A DNA stretch of 64,000 bases, from positions 1 to 64,000 of the forward strand of contig NW_005434470.1 in NCBI RefSeq assembly GCF_000315625.1. The letters are read 5' to 3'. Positions 11,946 to 24,072 of the stretch are shown piece after piece. Made by a program: the position numbers and the translations under genes. Under the pieces are notes generated by a model, which was given only the letters and a program-made list of their open reading frames with translations, was not told where the DNA came from and did no database searches. How positions within the stretch are numbered: position 1 is the stretch's first letter; each line of letters starts with the position of its first letter. This DNA is from Guillardia theta CCMP2712. Taxonomy: Eukaryota > Protista > Cryptophyta.

Positions 11946-12467
11946 TCAAGAATCAGCTCGATGCTTCAAGAAGTACTTCTGCGCGTGCGATCGCACTTGA
12001 GACGCCGTCCTCGTTCCGATGAGTTTTGCCATCTCTTTCGCTACTCCCCTCCCTAACCCAACACTCCCTGCTCCTTCGCGAGGAATTCCGGGTTGTTCGC
12101 CCATGCCTTTTGGCCTGCATATTTCCAGCGCTGACAAGAACCGTTCATGTTCTTCCTTGCTCCAATGCTGTGGGGTTCCCGTCCCTGGTTGCAATATTTG
12201 GGGCTGGAACGAACTTGGCCCAGGTTCATCCTCGATTCCTTGAGGAGACAACGTGGATGGTCTGAAGGTATCCTCTTCCAGGGTAGTCTCCAGCTCCCGA
12301 TCGTTGACATCAACTTCGTTATATGCGAGAAGCAGCGAGTAGTTCCATGGATCCATGGATTGGCTGGAAATATGGCCTGTACCCCACGAGACAACCGAAG
12401 AGAACGTTTCCGGCGTAGATGTCATCATGTGTATAGCATCTTCCACAGATATGCTATTTCTTGACAT
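11946..12467 (-). CDS. SHAQKYF-class MYB transcription factor (copy 4), intronless
   Basis: WSKEEHERFLSAL...VGLGRGVAKEMAKLIGTRTASQVRSHAQKYF; WNYSLLL motif. First ATG (MSRNSISVEDAI) is at ~12467; the ORF track starts at a TTG at 12503. Confidence 0.88.
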   Translation of the reverse strand: MSRNSISVEDAIHMMTSTPETFSSVVSWGTGHISSQSMDPWNYSLLLAYNEVDVNDRELETTLEEDTFRPSTLSPQGIEDEPGPSSFQPQILQPGTGTPQHWSKEEHERFLSALEICRPKGMGEQPGIPREGAGSVGLGRGVAKEMAKLIGTRTASQVRSHAQKYFLKHRADS

Positions 12468-13019
12468 CTTCAAGGATATCAAAGAGGATATGCGTATCAC
12501 CAAGTCCAGTCAGGCAGGCAATGTTCGTGTTCAGGCCCTTCGTTTGCCAACAAATATCAGGAATGTGTGTTGCAGGTGTTTGCGGGGAGAACAATACGCT
12601 AAGAACGAGCTGAGAACAGATGCTTCACGAGATCAAGATGCAGAGAGGGAGTGTGTGTGAGAGAGTGTGTGCGGAATGCTAGAGCAGTTGGAGGAAACCA
12701 GGGAGAGGGGATGGGCGCAGAAGAGGGGGAGAGAGTAAGGAGACGACAAGGTAAGCAGGGGAGTAGTGTAGGGGGTATCGGAGGAAATCCAAGAAGTAAA
12801 TTGAGAAATTGGGGAGGAGGGGTACTTGAACCCCCCGGAAATCAGTCAAAAGTACGGGTAGCGACCATCCTCAAGGTGCCTCGGACGGAAGGAGGTAAAC
12901 GTGACCCAAGTGGCATGCCAGGTCACGGACTGCTGACAACCTGGTAACGTGACTCCAAGGAGGGTTTAACCTTTTGTCTGCGGCTGACTGCCAGAGTTTT
13001 TCTTTTTAACACGGTCAGG

Positions 13020-13620
13020 CTTGCGGGCAGGCTCCCCGGCGGGGGTGACGGTGACTACCGGGGCCGGGCCGGGGGGTGACGCCGGGGCCGGGGCATAGTA
13101 GGCTATGATACGGGCACGGCAGTGTCGGAGTGGCCGCCGGGCTCCTGGGTAATAAGTCCTTTACTCAAGGTTAAGTTGGGTCGCCGGCCCCGCGGGCCGG
13201 AGCCCCCCCCACCCCCCCAGTACTACCGTATGGCCGCCGCAGTAAGTTTACAGTCCGATCACTGAGTCACTGAGTGCCGACTCGGGCCGCCCGGGCCGGG
13301 GCGCTGGCTCGTGAGTCGAAACTCACTGTTTGACGACGGTGACCGACTCGGCAACTTCGGCGGAGACCGTGGGCAATCATGAATCATCATCTGATCGCTT
13401 GGAGTAAAGAGATCCGGGGAGTCCGAGCCGCCGACATACTTTGCGCAACTCCCGGAGTCCCCCCCCGCGTCAAGGGCCCACTGACTCTTACGGCTCACTC
13501 GTCGGTACCGGCCCGGCCCCGGGCTCGGAGGCTCCGAGCCCATTCGGGGGCAGTCCGGACTCGGCCCGGCGGGGTGACGGTGACCGTCCCCCGTCCGACC
13601 CCGGCCGCGGCGGAATAATT
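13020..13620. repeat. GC-rich motif-built repeat block, with an inverted partial copy of the 44-bp element at 13157-13177
   Basis: CCGG/GAGTCA/GTAC words; tcctttactcaaggttaagtt is the reverse complement of aacttaaccttgagtaaagga. Confidence 0.7.
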
Positions 13621-14904
13621 GATCGGATAGCCTTGCCAAGTTACTGAAAAGAAAGAACCTACTTGTGCTGCCGTTGACTCCAGGCTGGGAACATGGCACT
13701 AGCAGGGAGTGAACGATGAACTGAGAGCGATGATGCCGGACGGGCAAGGAGAAAGGACAAAGTGATCATGATGGGTGCTAGGGCAGAACAGCAGCAGACA
13801 GACCTGATGACTGCCAGTAACCACTGAGAGGGGACGTTGAAGAAAGTCTCTGAGTGAAGTTACTAAGTTAACCGAGGCGATTTTAAGAGGGAAAGACATG
13901 AAAGACTTGGACGCGACGATCATGAGGAATGATGAAGGTGAAGTTTTTAAGGAGGGAAGAAGTTTTTCAACAAGGTTTTGAAACTCTAGTGAAGAGAAGG
14001 AGAAAGCAAGGAAGAGAGGCGAAGACTCGGCCAGATGGGGAGAGATAGAAACCATGGGATGTACAGAAACATCGGGTCATCGCTAGTTTGTGATATCCTG
14101 TCAGAGGGGATGAGGTAGATTCAGGTGTTGGTATGAGTACAAGAAGCAGACGTCCTAGATGCTTTCTTTCTGTGCAGCTGGAAGTAGGAATGCTCAAACA
14201 TGAAACCTCATCGGTGACGTATCGAGACAAGGGCATCGGTTGTAAACAGCATCGAGATCAGACATGCTATGCTTCATGTACATTTTCTAGAGCAAATGCG
14301 GCCCTTGGCGACAAGTTTATTCGCTTGGTGAAAGTCAGAAGTTTGCAGGAACGGAATTGAGCCATGAGGCTACAAACGAAGACGGTTTGAGAATGTCAAA
14401 ACGGCACGGGTTAAACCCTGCAAGGGATGAGAAACTCGGACAGGTGCGGCTTTTGAGAGAGCAAACATGATGCAGTTGTCGCTCTGATTCTGACATCTCC
14501 TTTCCTCACCAGCCAAGAACAAAAAGCGTAGAGGAGGTAGTTCTCGTACGGAGAGCCATTGGTGCGATAGCAGAGAGAAAGAAGAGCTTGGTAAGGACTC
14601 TTGCGCTGGGTGACCAGCACTCTAACCATCATCTGCAGTCGCAAACCTGGGCTTCCAAAGTGTCCCAAGATGTTGTTGTACAAACACTCATGCTTCTCGT
14701 TCTGAACCAGCCATGCAGGTCATCCCAGCTTCTCCGCTGCACTCCCGCCCTCGCATCTCAGTGCATCCGATGCAGGAACAGACAACGTTGTTTTCTCCTC
14801 CAACCTCTGACGTTCTTCATCTCAGGGGTCAATACTTCCCGTGCGGTCAACAACTCAGACAGCTGAGCCTTCCTTCCGTTCCAGCCTCCCGTCCTCTGCC
14901 GGCC

Positions 14905-17900
14905 ATGAACGTGCCAAGGGCGGGAGGGCTTGCCCCGGCTACATTCGTCCCAGCTGTCAACCAGGTACGAAGAGCTTCTGTTGCTGAGTCGCCATGTTGA
15001 CGCGTTTTAGTCAAAGTCAAGTCGTCGCAGCCAGTCATTCGCGACCCGCATCAACTCACTTGTGGGAATCAGAGTCCCTGCACCAGTCTGATCAGCGAAA
15101 GATCAGCAAGCGGCCCAAGACAACAGACGATAAGGTAGAACCATTTTCATGTTACTGCTCGAACACTCATGGTCGTGCAGGTGAATACACTTCATGCCAA
15201 GCTTGACATGATAGCAAGCCGGCTTCAAGTACACGTGTTCTTGTTTGTTTGAACGCTTGACATGCCGCAGGCTGTCGATGCTCGCTCCGACATGATCGAG
15301 CGAATGATTTCAACACCCATCGACAAGGTTCTGCTCATCAACCCCCCCTCCCCCTTCTCTGTTCCCTTCATCCTCCCCTTCTGTTCCCATCACCCTCGCC
15401 TGTAGTTGACCATGCACGCTCAGAGTGCTGTCGACCCTCTGTCTCGCGCGAGCACCAGCACCCCGCAGGGCTCGAGCATGCAGCACAGGAGGTCACACGC
15501 GGAGGAGGGCGGAGCAGAGGTGGGGCAGGATGTGAGGGAGGACTTGCTGACAGAGGCAGCAGGTGGGAACGAGTCTCAGCCGGACATGGTCGGACAAGGG
15601 ACACGAGGGTTATGAGACTGACGGCCATCGCGCTCAAGTCCCGCGGGTTTTGACGAACCTGCTGGAGAAGATTCAGGTCTTGCGAGGGTGCCATCCTACG
15701 TCCCTCACTGACGTGCTGGCTCCAAGGGTTCGCTCATCGACCTCGACTACATCTTCATAAAGGCACTGGGATTGAGATGTCAATGTATCAATGACGTCAT
15801 GCGACAGGCCACTGCTTCTGAACATGAAGCTGCTACTAAGATCGCCAAGACCGTGAAGGGATTCTTGAGGAGGAAACGGTCTGTGGAGGATGTCAGTTGT
15901 ACTATGACTGAGACATGTGCAGGTACTTGAATGGAATACTGGCGTTGAAGATGTATCAAGTGACAACATCATCGTTGAGCTCAAAGCAAGCTCTTGGCCT
16001 GACTGAACATTCAGGAGCGACAAAGTTCGGGGCTTGCGAAGTTCTTCGATGGTTTCTTACAATCAAGAAGGTGAAGTTGATGAGAAGGTGACGCGGTCAG
16101 TGAAAGTCTTGCAGAGCAATACGGTTTCAACTCAATCAGATCATCCGGAAGAGAGAGCTCGAGAGCTGTGCTTCTCCTCCCCTCCCCCGGCAGGTGCAAG
16201 GCTGAACACTGTTGTCGCAGGTAGGAAGATCTTCAGAGCACTGTTCGATTACGTGCTGGAGAGGATGCCTCTGAGGTGAAGGAGCTGAGAAGAGGTCGAG
16301 GTGATGACGTGGCGTCAGGTCGAGTCAAAGACAGAAGGCCTTCTTCATGATCGTCAAGTACGAGCGGAGGCTCGTCTATAACAGTGATGCTCTCCTGTGC
16401 TCGCCGCGTTTGACTTCTTCCCTCACAGTATTCCAAGACTGGCGGAAAGCTATGAGGATAGTGCAGGTATGAAGGCGAAGTTGGCGATGCATGCTGGTGA
16501 AGAGAAGTAGGAACTCTCGAAGGTGGCGTCGAAGAACAACTCAAGGCTGGAGAAGATACACAGTGAGGTCAGAGCAACGAGATCTCTGCCTCCTCCACTC
16601 CTGCTGATGACCTTGCGAACAGGTTTCGAAGCAAGCGATGCAAGAAGGTTGACTGTCCTATCATCTCGGGAGATGACGACTTGCTGTAGGATGGCGAGAA
16701 GACGTGATCGAGTCTGTGGTGCAGCAGGTGGGGGAGAGCTGGTGGGGTGGACATGTCTTTGAGCATGCTGCAGAGGATGTACGAGGACTCGATCGCTCTG
16801 ATGAGCGGTAGACAAGCTGAAGAAGCGACGGGGAGGGAGAGGAGGTGACGGGGACTTGACGAGGATGCAGGGCGGATGGGGGAAATAGCAGTCGAGAAAG
16901 CTGTCAAAGTGTGGAGAGGTGAGGGGGTGGGCGGGAGGTTGGAACAGGCTGACTTGTCCCTAGCATACCTGATGGTTCGTCGCAAGAAGCGAACTAAGTT
17001 CATGGTGGACTCGTTGCTGGGGGAGTGAGGATGGGACTTGTTGACTGCCTTGCAGAGGGCGATAAGGCTGGACAATTCGAAGAGAGGATGGGAGGCGTTC
17101 TCGAGGTGTGAGGCCGCGAAGAAGCAAGTGGTGGTGTGCTGATACAGCTGCTCGTCACCAGCTGGAAAGAATACATCAAAGAATGCAAGCGATGGGATGC
17201 CGGCAAATACGTCAGGTGCCCTGCTATCTTTTTCGTTTCTCAGCTTCTCACCTGCCTGTAAGGCTGCGGAACGAGCGTCACATTCAGCACCAGGCGATTA
17301 TGAGCCTGTACTCGAGCCACATGCGTGTTTGGCTCTTCTTCGCGTCGAAGCGCGCGGAAGTGAAGAAGCGGTTCAAGCTCTGCCTGGATCGCTTGCTGCG
17401 GTGTGTTGTGCCTTGACGGACGAGGAGAAGCTGACGGGAGGCGCTCAGAGACGTGATGCATAGTTGGTTCGAGCGAGCAAGGTTCAGCAGGAGGTGGCCC
17501 TTTGCTCGGCCTCTGCTCCTTCTGTGACCACCTTCACGTGCAGCACGAAGATCGCCGTCCTCGAAAAATGGATCCTCGTTTCAAAGTCCATGTTGCAGTT
17601 TCCCTTCCGCAGCTGGTACCTGTGGACAGCAAACTCCATCTCCAAGAGGCAGGCGCAGGGTATGATCGCCGACATGCTCAGCAGAAGGTCCGAGCCAGCG
17701 ATCGCTCTCCCTCCTCCTCTCACCTGCGTTCCTGCCCAGGTGGATGAAGATCAGGCTAGTCAACATCCTCCAGGTTTCTTTCCCTCTCCTCCTCTCTAGA
17801 CGTGCCTTACGATCGCAGGCATGGTGGCAGAGGACAGACAGCGGGATGGAGGCAGGTGGGTAGGGCGGCAGGGAGGGAGCAGGTCGATGACCTGGGCCCC

Positions 17901-20501
17901 TCAGGTCAGGGGAGGGAAGAGCTGTTTACCCTCCTGCACGAGCAGCAGCAGATCAACAAGGACTTGGAGGTTTCACTTCCTCCTTCCCGTCCTCCCTCCG
18001 TCCTCCATCCGCCCCCTCCCCTCCCTCTTCATCTTCACATCTCCCTTTTTACCATCTCCTCCTGCCTCCTCCCTGTTCCCAGCTTCATCTTTTACCTACA
18101 GTTTGCTTCTTTTCTCAACCCCCCCCTCCTTCCTTCCTGTTTGCTTCCCAACCCCCGTACTTCAATCCTGATCCTCTCTGACTCCTCTACCAGGAAACTG
18201 TAAGTCACTACAAGGACCTCCACAATAAGTCCGAGCTCGGTGCCCCCCTCTCCTCCACTACCACTTCCTTCGTCCTCCTCCTCCTCCTACTCCTACTCCT
18301 CCTCCTCCTCCTCCTCCTCCTCCTCCTCCTCCTCCTCCTCCTCCTCCTCCTCCTCCTCCTCCTCCTCCTCTTTCTCCTGTCTTTGTCATCGGCTCCCTGC
18401 TAACTGCACCACAGGGCTGAGAAAGCATGAGGACCTTCTGGTGAAGAGGGAGAAGCAGATCCTCAAGCTAGAGAACGAGGTCCTCCTCCTCCTCGACCAG
18501 CTTACTCTCCTCCTCCTCCTCGACCTCCTCGTCCTCCTCGTCGTCCTCCTCCTCGTCCTCCTCCTCCTCGATACCCAACTCCTACCTCCCTGTTCTTTGA
18601 GCTTGCTGACCTGCTCTCGCAGCGGACTGAGCTGATGATGAAGATACAAGCGTCAGAGCTGGAGATCAGCCGCTTGCAGGAGATGCAGGTGCCTCCTCCT
18701 CCTCCCCCTTCCTTCCTCCTTCATTTCCCTGCAGTTTACTACCCCCCCCGTCCTCTCCTCCCTTCCCTTCCTACCCCCTTCTGCTTCCACCTCTCCCTGC
18801 CGTTCCTACTCCTTCCACCTCTCCCTCTCCTCCTTTCTCACTTGTCACTCCTGAGCGCAGGACAAGAAACTCAGCACCTCCCTCATCCGCAAGGCGCAGA
18901 AGCTGGAGGCCAGTGGCATCCTCGTCCTCGAGGAAGAGCAGCCGACAGGGAAGGAGGAGGGCCCAGCGAGCTCGGCAGGCTCTGGAGGAGCGGCCGCAGA
19001 GCTGTCAAGCCTTGCCGACACGTTGATCGTTGGAGGGCATCAGGTTGACAAGAGCTGGGAGGCAGGTGAAGTTGAGCTGAGCGAGGTTCGCAGACTGTCG
19101 TGAAGGTGGAAAAGGCGAGCGTTGGCAGCAGGACGAGGGAGAGGGAGAAGGGAGGGAAGAAGGAGAAGGAAACGGGAGATGTCCAGCAGCAGGCGATCAA
19201 GAATGAGGAGGTCGAAGATCGAAACTCGCGAGGAGAGGGAGGGAAGGCAGCAAAGGATGGCGACAGACAAGAACTGAAACCAGGTTCTCTCTGCTCCCTG
19301 CTCCCTGCCTGCTCCCTGTCTGCTCCCTGTCTGCTTCTTCCTCCTCCCTTCTGTCTCCCTCCTCCTTACCCTGACTTGCTTCCCAGCTGCGGCACTTCCA
19401 GTCATACCAGGGTTTGAACACATAGGTAAAATGTCCTTGACATGCTGTTTCGTTACAGGATAATGTTATCCTGTTCACTCTGCTCTGCTCTGCTCTGCTC
19501 TGCTCCTCCTCTCCTCTCCTCTCCTCCCCCATCTTCCCCCCTTCGACTCTCGGTCTTGTTCTGTCCTGTCCTTGCCTCCTGCCACTCTCTTGATCTCAAA
19601 TGCGCAGGGAACGGCAAAGCAACTGAGGCACCAGCCCGAAGGCAACATCGTCCTCTCCCTTTATCGCCGCTGATTGTAGCAGGAGGGTGTGGGAGGACAA
19701 CAAAACAGAAGTCTACGGTGCTGAAATTGCGTTCTCCTCTTGCTGTATGTTGACTTTGACTAGTCGACGACAACACTCTGCTGAAGAGAGCCAAGTACAT
19801 CATGTCGACGGTGAGGAACAGCTCGACAAGTGTCGACAAGTGTCGACAAGTGTTGACAAGTGTCCTCACTTGCTGCCAAACCTTGCAGTTGAGAGACAAG
19901 ATGTCGTTGGGAGACATCCTGCAAGTCGACGAGTCTTCCAAAGAGGTTCTTGCTAGTTTGCTCGGCATGATGTGACATGGCTGTTTCAGATCCTGGAGAT
20001 CCTGCAAGCAGGGACGCAGAACGGGGTAGAGGTACGTCCGACCTCCATCCCCTCCTTCCTAACCTGCCCACAAAGATTCCCGAGGAACAGGAGAAGCTGC
20101 TGCAGCGACGGAAGACTTTGGATGTCTGCCATGGCGGGAGGTCGTGGGAAGAGGAGGAGGTGATTGGTTTTGCAGGTTGAGCCTTCGAACTTGGACTCTC
20201 TGAACTGGCAGCAAGTACATGTAGCGTGTTTGTTGTTTGCTTCTTACCTGCCTGCAGTTCATTGTGGGGCTGGACCAATATGACAACACCACGAGGAAGA
20301 AGGTAGGAGGAGCAAGAGTTGACATGTGCTGCTCGTTCTTATGCGCTGTTCAAGGACGCTGGAGGACAAGATGCCCTTCTGAGCAGGATCATGAAGGAAA
20401 GTGAAGGAGAGGAGGAGCTTGTTGGTAGGAAGATGATGTTTGTTTTGCAGGTGAAGACGTCGAGAGACATTAAGTCTGTGACAAAGATTGCGAATAAATG
20501 A
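14905..20501 (+). CDS. Multi-exon hypothetical protein with Trp-containing helical repeats (possibly Sfi1-like) and coiled coil; boundaries approximate
   Basis: Chain of GT-AG bounded exons, e.g. LVTSWKEYIKECKRW, HMRVWLFFASKRAEVKKRFK, LEKWILVSKSMLQFPFRSWYLWT, ELFTLLHEQQQINKDLE, LRKHEDLLVKREKQILKLENE, ELEISRLQEMQ, ending VKTSRDIKSVTKIANK*. Confidence 0.45.
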
Positions 20502-21420
20502 ACTCATAGCTGAACTCACAGCTGAACTCACAGCTGAACTCACAGCAGGAAGACGCGCGAGTCTTGCCGCCCCTTGCCTTAGTCGCAGCTCCTCCTCCTG
20601 TTCCACATCCTCCCCACTCTTTCTCCTTCTTTCCCTCCTCTTGCCCAAAAGTTCTCTTGCTGTTCTTGACGTCTCCGGCTACGATTCTATCATCATCCAG
20701 CTTTCCTTTCACCTTCTTACCCATCCCTCCCTCCTCTCCTCCCTCCTCTCCTCCCTCCTCTCCTCCCTCATCTCCTCCTACCCCCCCCCCCCTCCCCTCT
20801 CCCTTCTCTCCCCTCCCTCTCTTCTCCTCTCTACCTCCTCTCTGCCTTACTCACCATCCTTCAGCCCCCTCCGTCCCGTTTCACCTCCCCCCCCCTCCCC
20901 TACGCTTTCTTCTTTTTCTTAGGGACCTTTTTTGAGCAGGCGCATCCTACAGGTGCAGAGCAAAATGCGGGAACGAGGAAGAGGACGAGGAAAGAGGAAG
21001 AGGAGGGCAAGGCGGACTGTTCCCGGAGGGAAGAAGAGAGGAGGAGGAGGAGGAGGAGGAAGAGGAGGAGGAGGAGGAGGGGGAGGAGAGGAGAAGGGAA
21101 CAAGAATGAACGGTTTGGTGGTGGTGGTGGATGGGGGAGGAGACGGGGCGGCAGGAAGAGGAGAACAAGGAGGAGGAGGATAGATGGATGGGAAGGAAGA
21201 GGAGGGAGGGTGGCACGGAGCTCAGTTGAGGGCGTAGTTAGCGGGTTGAACGCGAGAGGAGGGGCAAGGGCAGAAGCATGAGGAGGGGGAGGGGGAGGGG
21301 GAGGGGGAGGACAGGGAGGAGAAGGAAAGGAGGAGGGGGAGGAGAGGAAGGTGTTTGTAGCCTTGATAGTCTGACTTCTTCTGCCATCCCAGAACTTGTG
21401 AGCAGATTAATGTAGATCCG

Positions 21421-21763
21421 ATGCAAAGAATAATGCAAAGTCTGGTCCCCCGAACGCCTCTCAAGGCTCCTTCCTTCTTCCTCCTCGCCTCCCTCCTCCT
21501 CCTCCTCCTCCTCCTTAACTCCGGAGCATGCCTTGGTGCGTCGAGCCTGCAGATGAAGCCATCTAGCAGGAGCAGCTGCAGCAGGAGCAGCAGCATCCTG
21601 CGTCTTCGAGGAGGACATGAGCGCTCTTGCGCATGCGGCAAAGTCGGCGAGGCTTCGCTGACATGGCTGCACGATGCGGTATGCATGGACAAGACCGCAA
21701 GCTTCAACACCGAATCAAGTGAGTGGAAGAGGAGGAGAGGAGGAAGAGGACTAGGGGTAGGAC

Positions 21764-21795
<32 letters not shown>

Positions 21796-23822
21796 TCAGG
21801 AGGAGGAGGAGGAGGAGGAGGAAAGAACAAGACCGAGAGCGAGAGCAAGGAAGAGGAGGGAGAGGGAGGACAGGTAGGGAGAGGGAAGAGGAGGAGAGAG
21901 AGTGAGGGGACGCAACGAAGAAGAAGGATCTGAAGTTGGTCTAGACCACGGAGCACAAGAACTCCTGCGGCCGTTCTGTGAGAGGGAGGACCCGTCGATG
22001 TACCTCGAGTCCTCCGATGACGACCAAGTGCTTCTTTGCATCTCCTTCAAGGTACACCGATCGCCGGAGCAGGAGCAGGAGCGGTAGCAGCGGTCGAAGG
22101 GGACAGGGGAGGGAAAGGAGGAGGAAGAGGAGGGGGGGGCGGAGGCAAGGTGGGAAGGGCAGGAGGAGGAGAAGGAGGAGCAACAGCATCAGTCTAGCTA
22201 ACACTCAGACCAACAGCAACTGGTGTCAATCAAGAGCATCGGCATCATCAGCATGGGAACGAACAGCCCCAAGGTCATCAAGATGTTTGCTGATAGATCC
22301 ATGGCTGACTTCGACGAGGTGAAGTCTTGCTGCAGCTGCTGCCCCCCGAATGCCTCCTGCCATCCTCAGACTCCCCTGCTCCTCCCACTCCTGCTCCTCT
22401 CACCTGTTTCATCCTGTCCTGTCCTGTCCTGTCCTGTCCTGCCCTGTCCTGTCCTGTCCTGTCCTGTCCTGTCCTGTCCTGTCCTGTCCTGTCCTGTCCT
22501 GTCCTGTCCTCCCCTCCCCTCCCCTCCCCTCCCCTCCTGTCCTTCCCTGTCCTCCCCTGTCCTCCCCTGTCCTGTCCTGTCCTCTCCTCTCCTGCCCTCT
22601 CCTCTCCTGTCCTCTCCTGTCCTCTCCTGTCCTCTCCTGTCCTCTCCTCCTCCCCCTTCTTCTCTCCGTCCACCCTCTCTATCTTCGCTTCCTCGCTCAT
22701 ATCCTTCGCTTCCCAAGGCCGAGACTGCTGAGCCCTCTGCTCTACTGGATCTGGAGGAGGAAGGAGACGGGAAGCTTCGCACGATAGAGCTGAGCGAAGT
22801 TGGAAATGAGGCGCTTTTCAAGAATGTGAGGCGACTTTTGTAGTTGTTTCGTTAGTCGCCCTCGCGGCACTGACGTGTCAAGACGCAACCTGACTTGCTG
22901 TGAAGATTCGTGAGATGACAATCTTCGTGCAAGGGAGCCATGGGTAGCGTGTTGCTGCTTGCTCGTGCTGAATCGGCTCCTCCTTCTCCTTTTCCTTCTC
23001 CTTCTTTTTCTCCTGCTCCTCCTGCTGCTGCTTATCCTCCTCCTCATTGTCCTGCTGCTGCTGCTGCTCCTTCTCCTCCCTTCTCCTCCCTTCTTCTCCC
23101 TTCTCCTCCCTTCTCCTCCCTGATCTTGCTGCTACTGCTGCTGTTGCTCCTCCTCCTCCTCCTCCTCCTCTCTCCTATGCTTGCTGTTGAGCTTCTACGT
23201 GCAAGTGTTTGATCGCACCAACAGAGGAGACAAGACAGTGATTGGATGGCTTGGCCTCCTGGTGATCTCATTTCCCTTGTCGCTATCCGCTACTACTCAT
23301 GCAGCCTTCTCACTTGGCCTTCCATCAGCTCCCCTACCTGCTTTCCTCCTCCTCCCCCTTCCTCCTCTCTTCCTCCCTGAGAGACTGTGGCAGGGCGAGA
23401 ACGGCTCCAAGGTTGGAGTTGTAGAGGACGCGACGTACGAGCTCCGTCCTCTTAACGGTAAGAGGAGGAGAAGGGGGTAAAGGCGGTCAGGGGTAGGAGG
23501 AGGAGGAGGAGGAGGAGGAGGAGGAGGACCGAAGAAGGCAACTAAAGAGCAAAGTAGCAAAGTAGGATGATGATGAGGAGCTTGAGAATAAGCAGCGGGG
23601 TAGCAATGAAAAGGGGACATGCCGAGCAAGAGGCTGAGGAGAGGAGAAGGAGAGGAATGCGTATAAAAGAAATTTTCTGGATGTAGCTCAGAAGATGTTG
23701 TTGAGGAAGCGATACAACAGTGAGCAGGTAGAGGAAGAGGGAAAGAACTTCAGAAGATGGCTTGGGACATATTCACATGCTCTACCTCCAGGTTTTCAGA
23801 CAATGCAGACGACTGGCCCAAG
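21421..23822 (+). CDS. PITHD1: PITH-domain (proteasome-interacting thioredoxin-like, PITHD1-like) protein with signal peptide plus leader; 3' end approximate
   Basis: Exons give FFLLASLLLLLLLLNSGACLG...ILRLRGG-HERSCAC...LHDAVCMDKTASFNTES / LLRPFCEREDPSMYLESSDDDQVLLCISFK / VSIKSIGII...PKVIKMFADRSMADFDE / FKNVRRL / GDKTVIGWLGL / ATYELRPLN, colinear with the PITH fold motifs. Confidence 0.75.
22410..22645. repeat. (GTCCT)n-type pentanucleotide microsatellite, intronic
   Basis: Visible tandem gtcct/ctccc. Confidence 0.95.
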
Positions 23823-24072
23823 GTATACAACAGGCTTCTAATCACAAAATGATGATGTTGGACGTCTTTCGTCGTCCTTGCAAATTCTGCTTCACCATGA
23901 TCATCATCATGATCGTCGTCATCGTGATCAATGAAAACAACGATTACAACAACGTTCTCTGTATCTTAGTCGTTCTGTAGTATCATTCGTCATCTCAGCC
24001 ATGATTGAGAGATTTAAGATTTTCAACATCTTGTCTTGTTTTTGCTCACAATGAAGTTGTAGTCTGCTTCTC

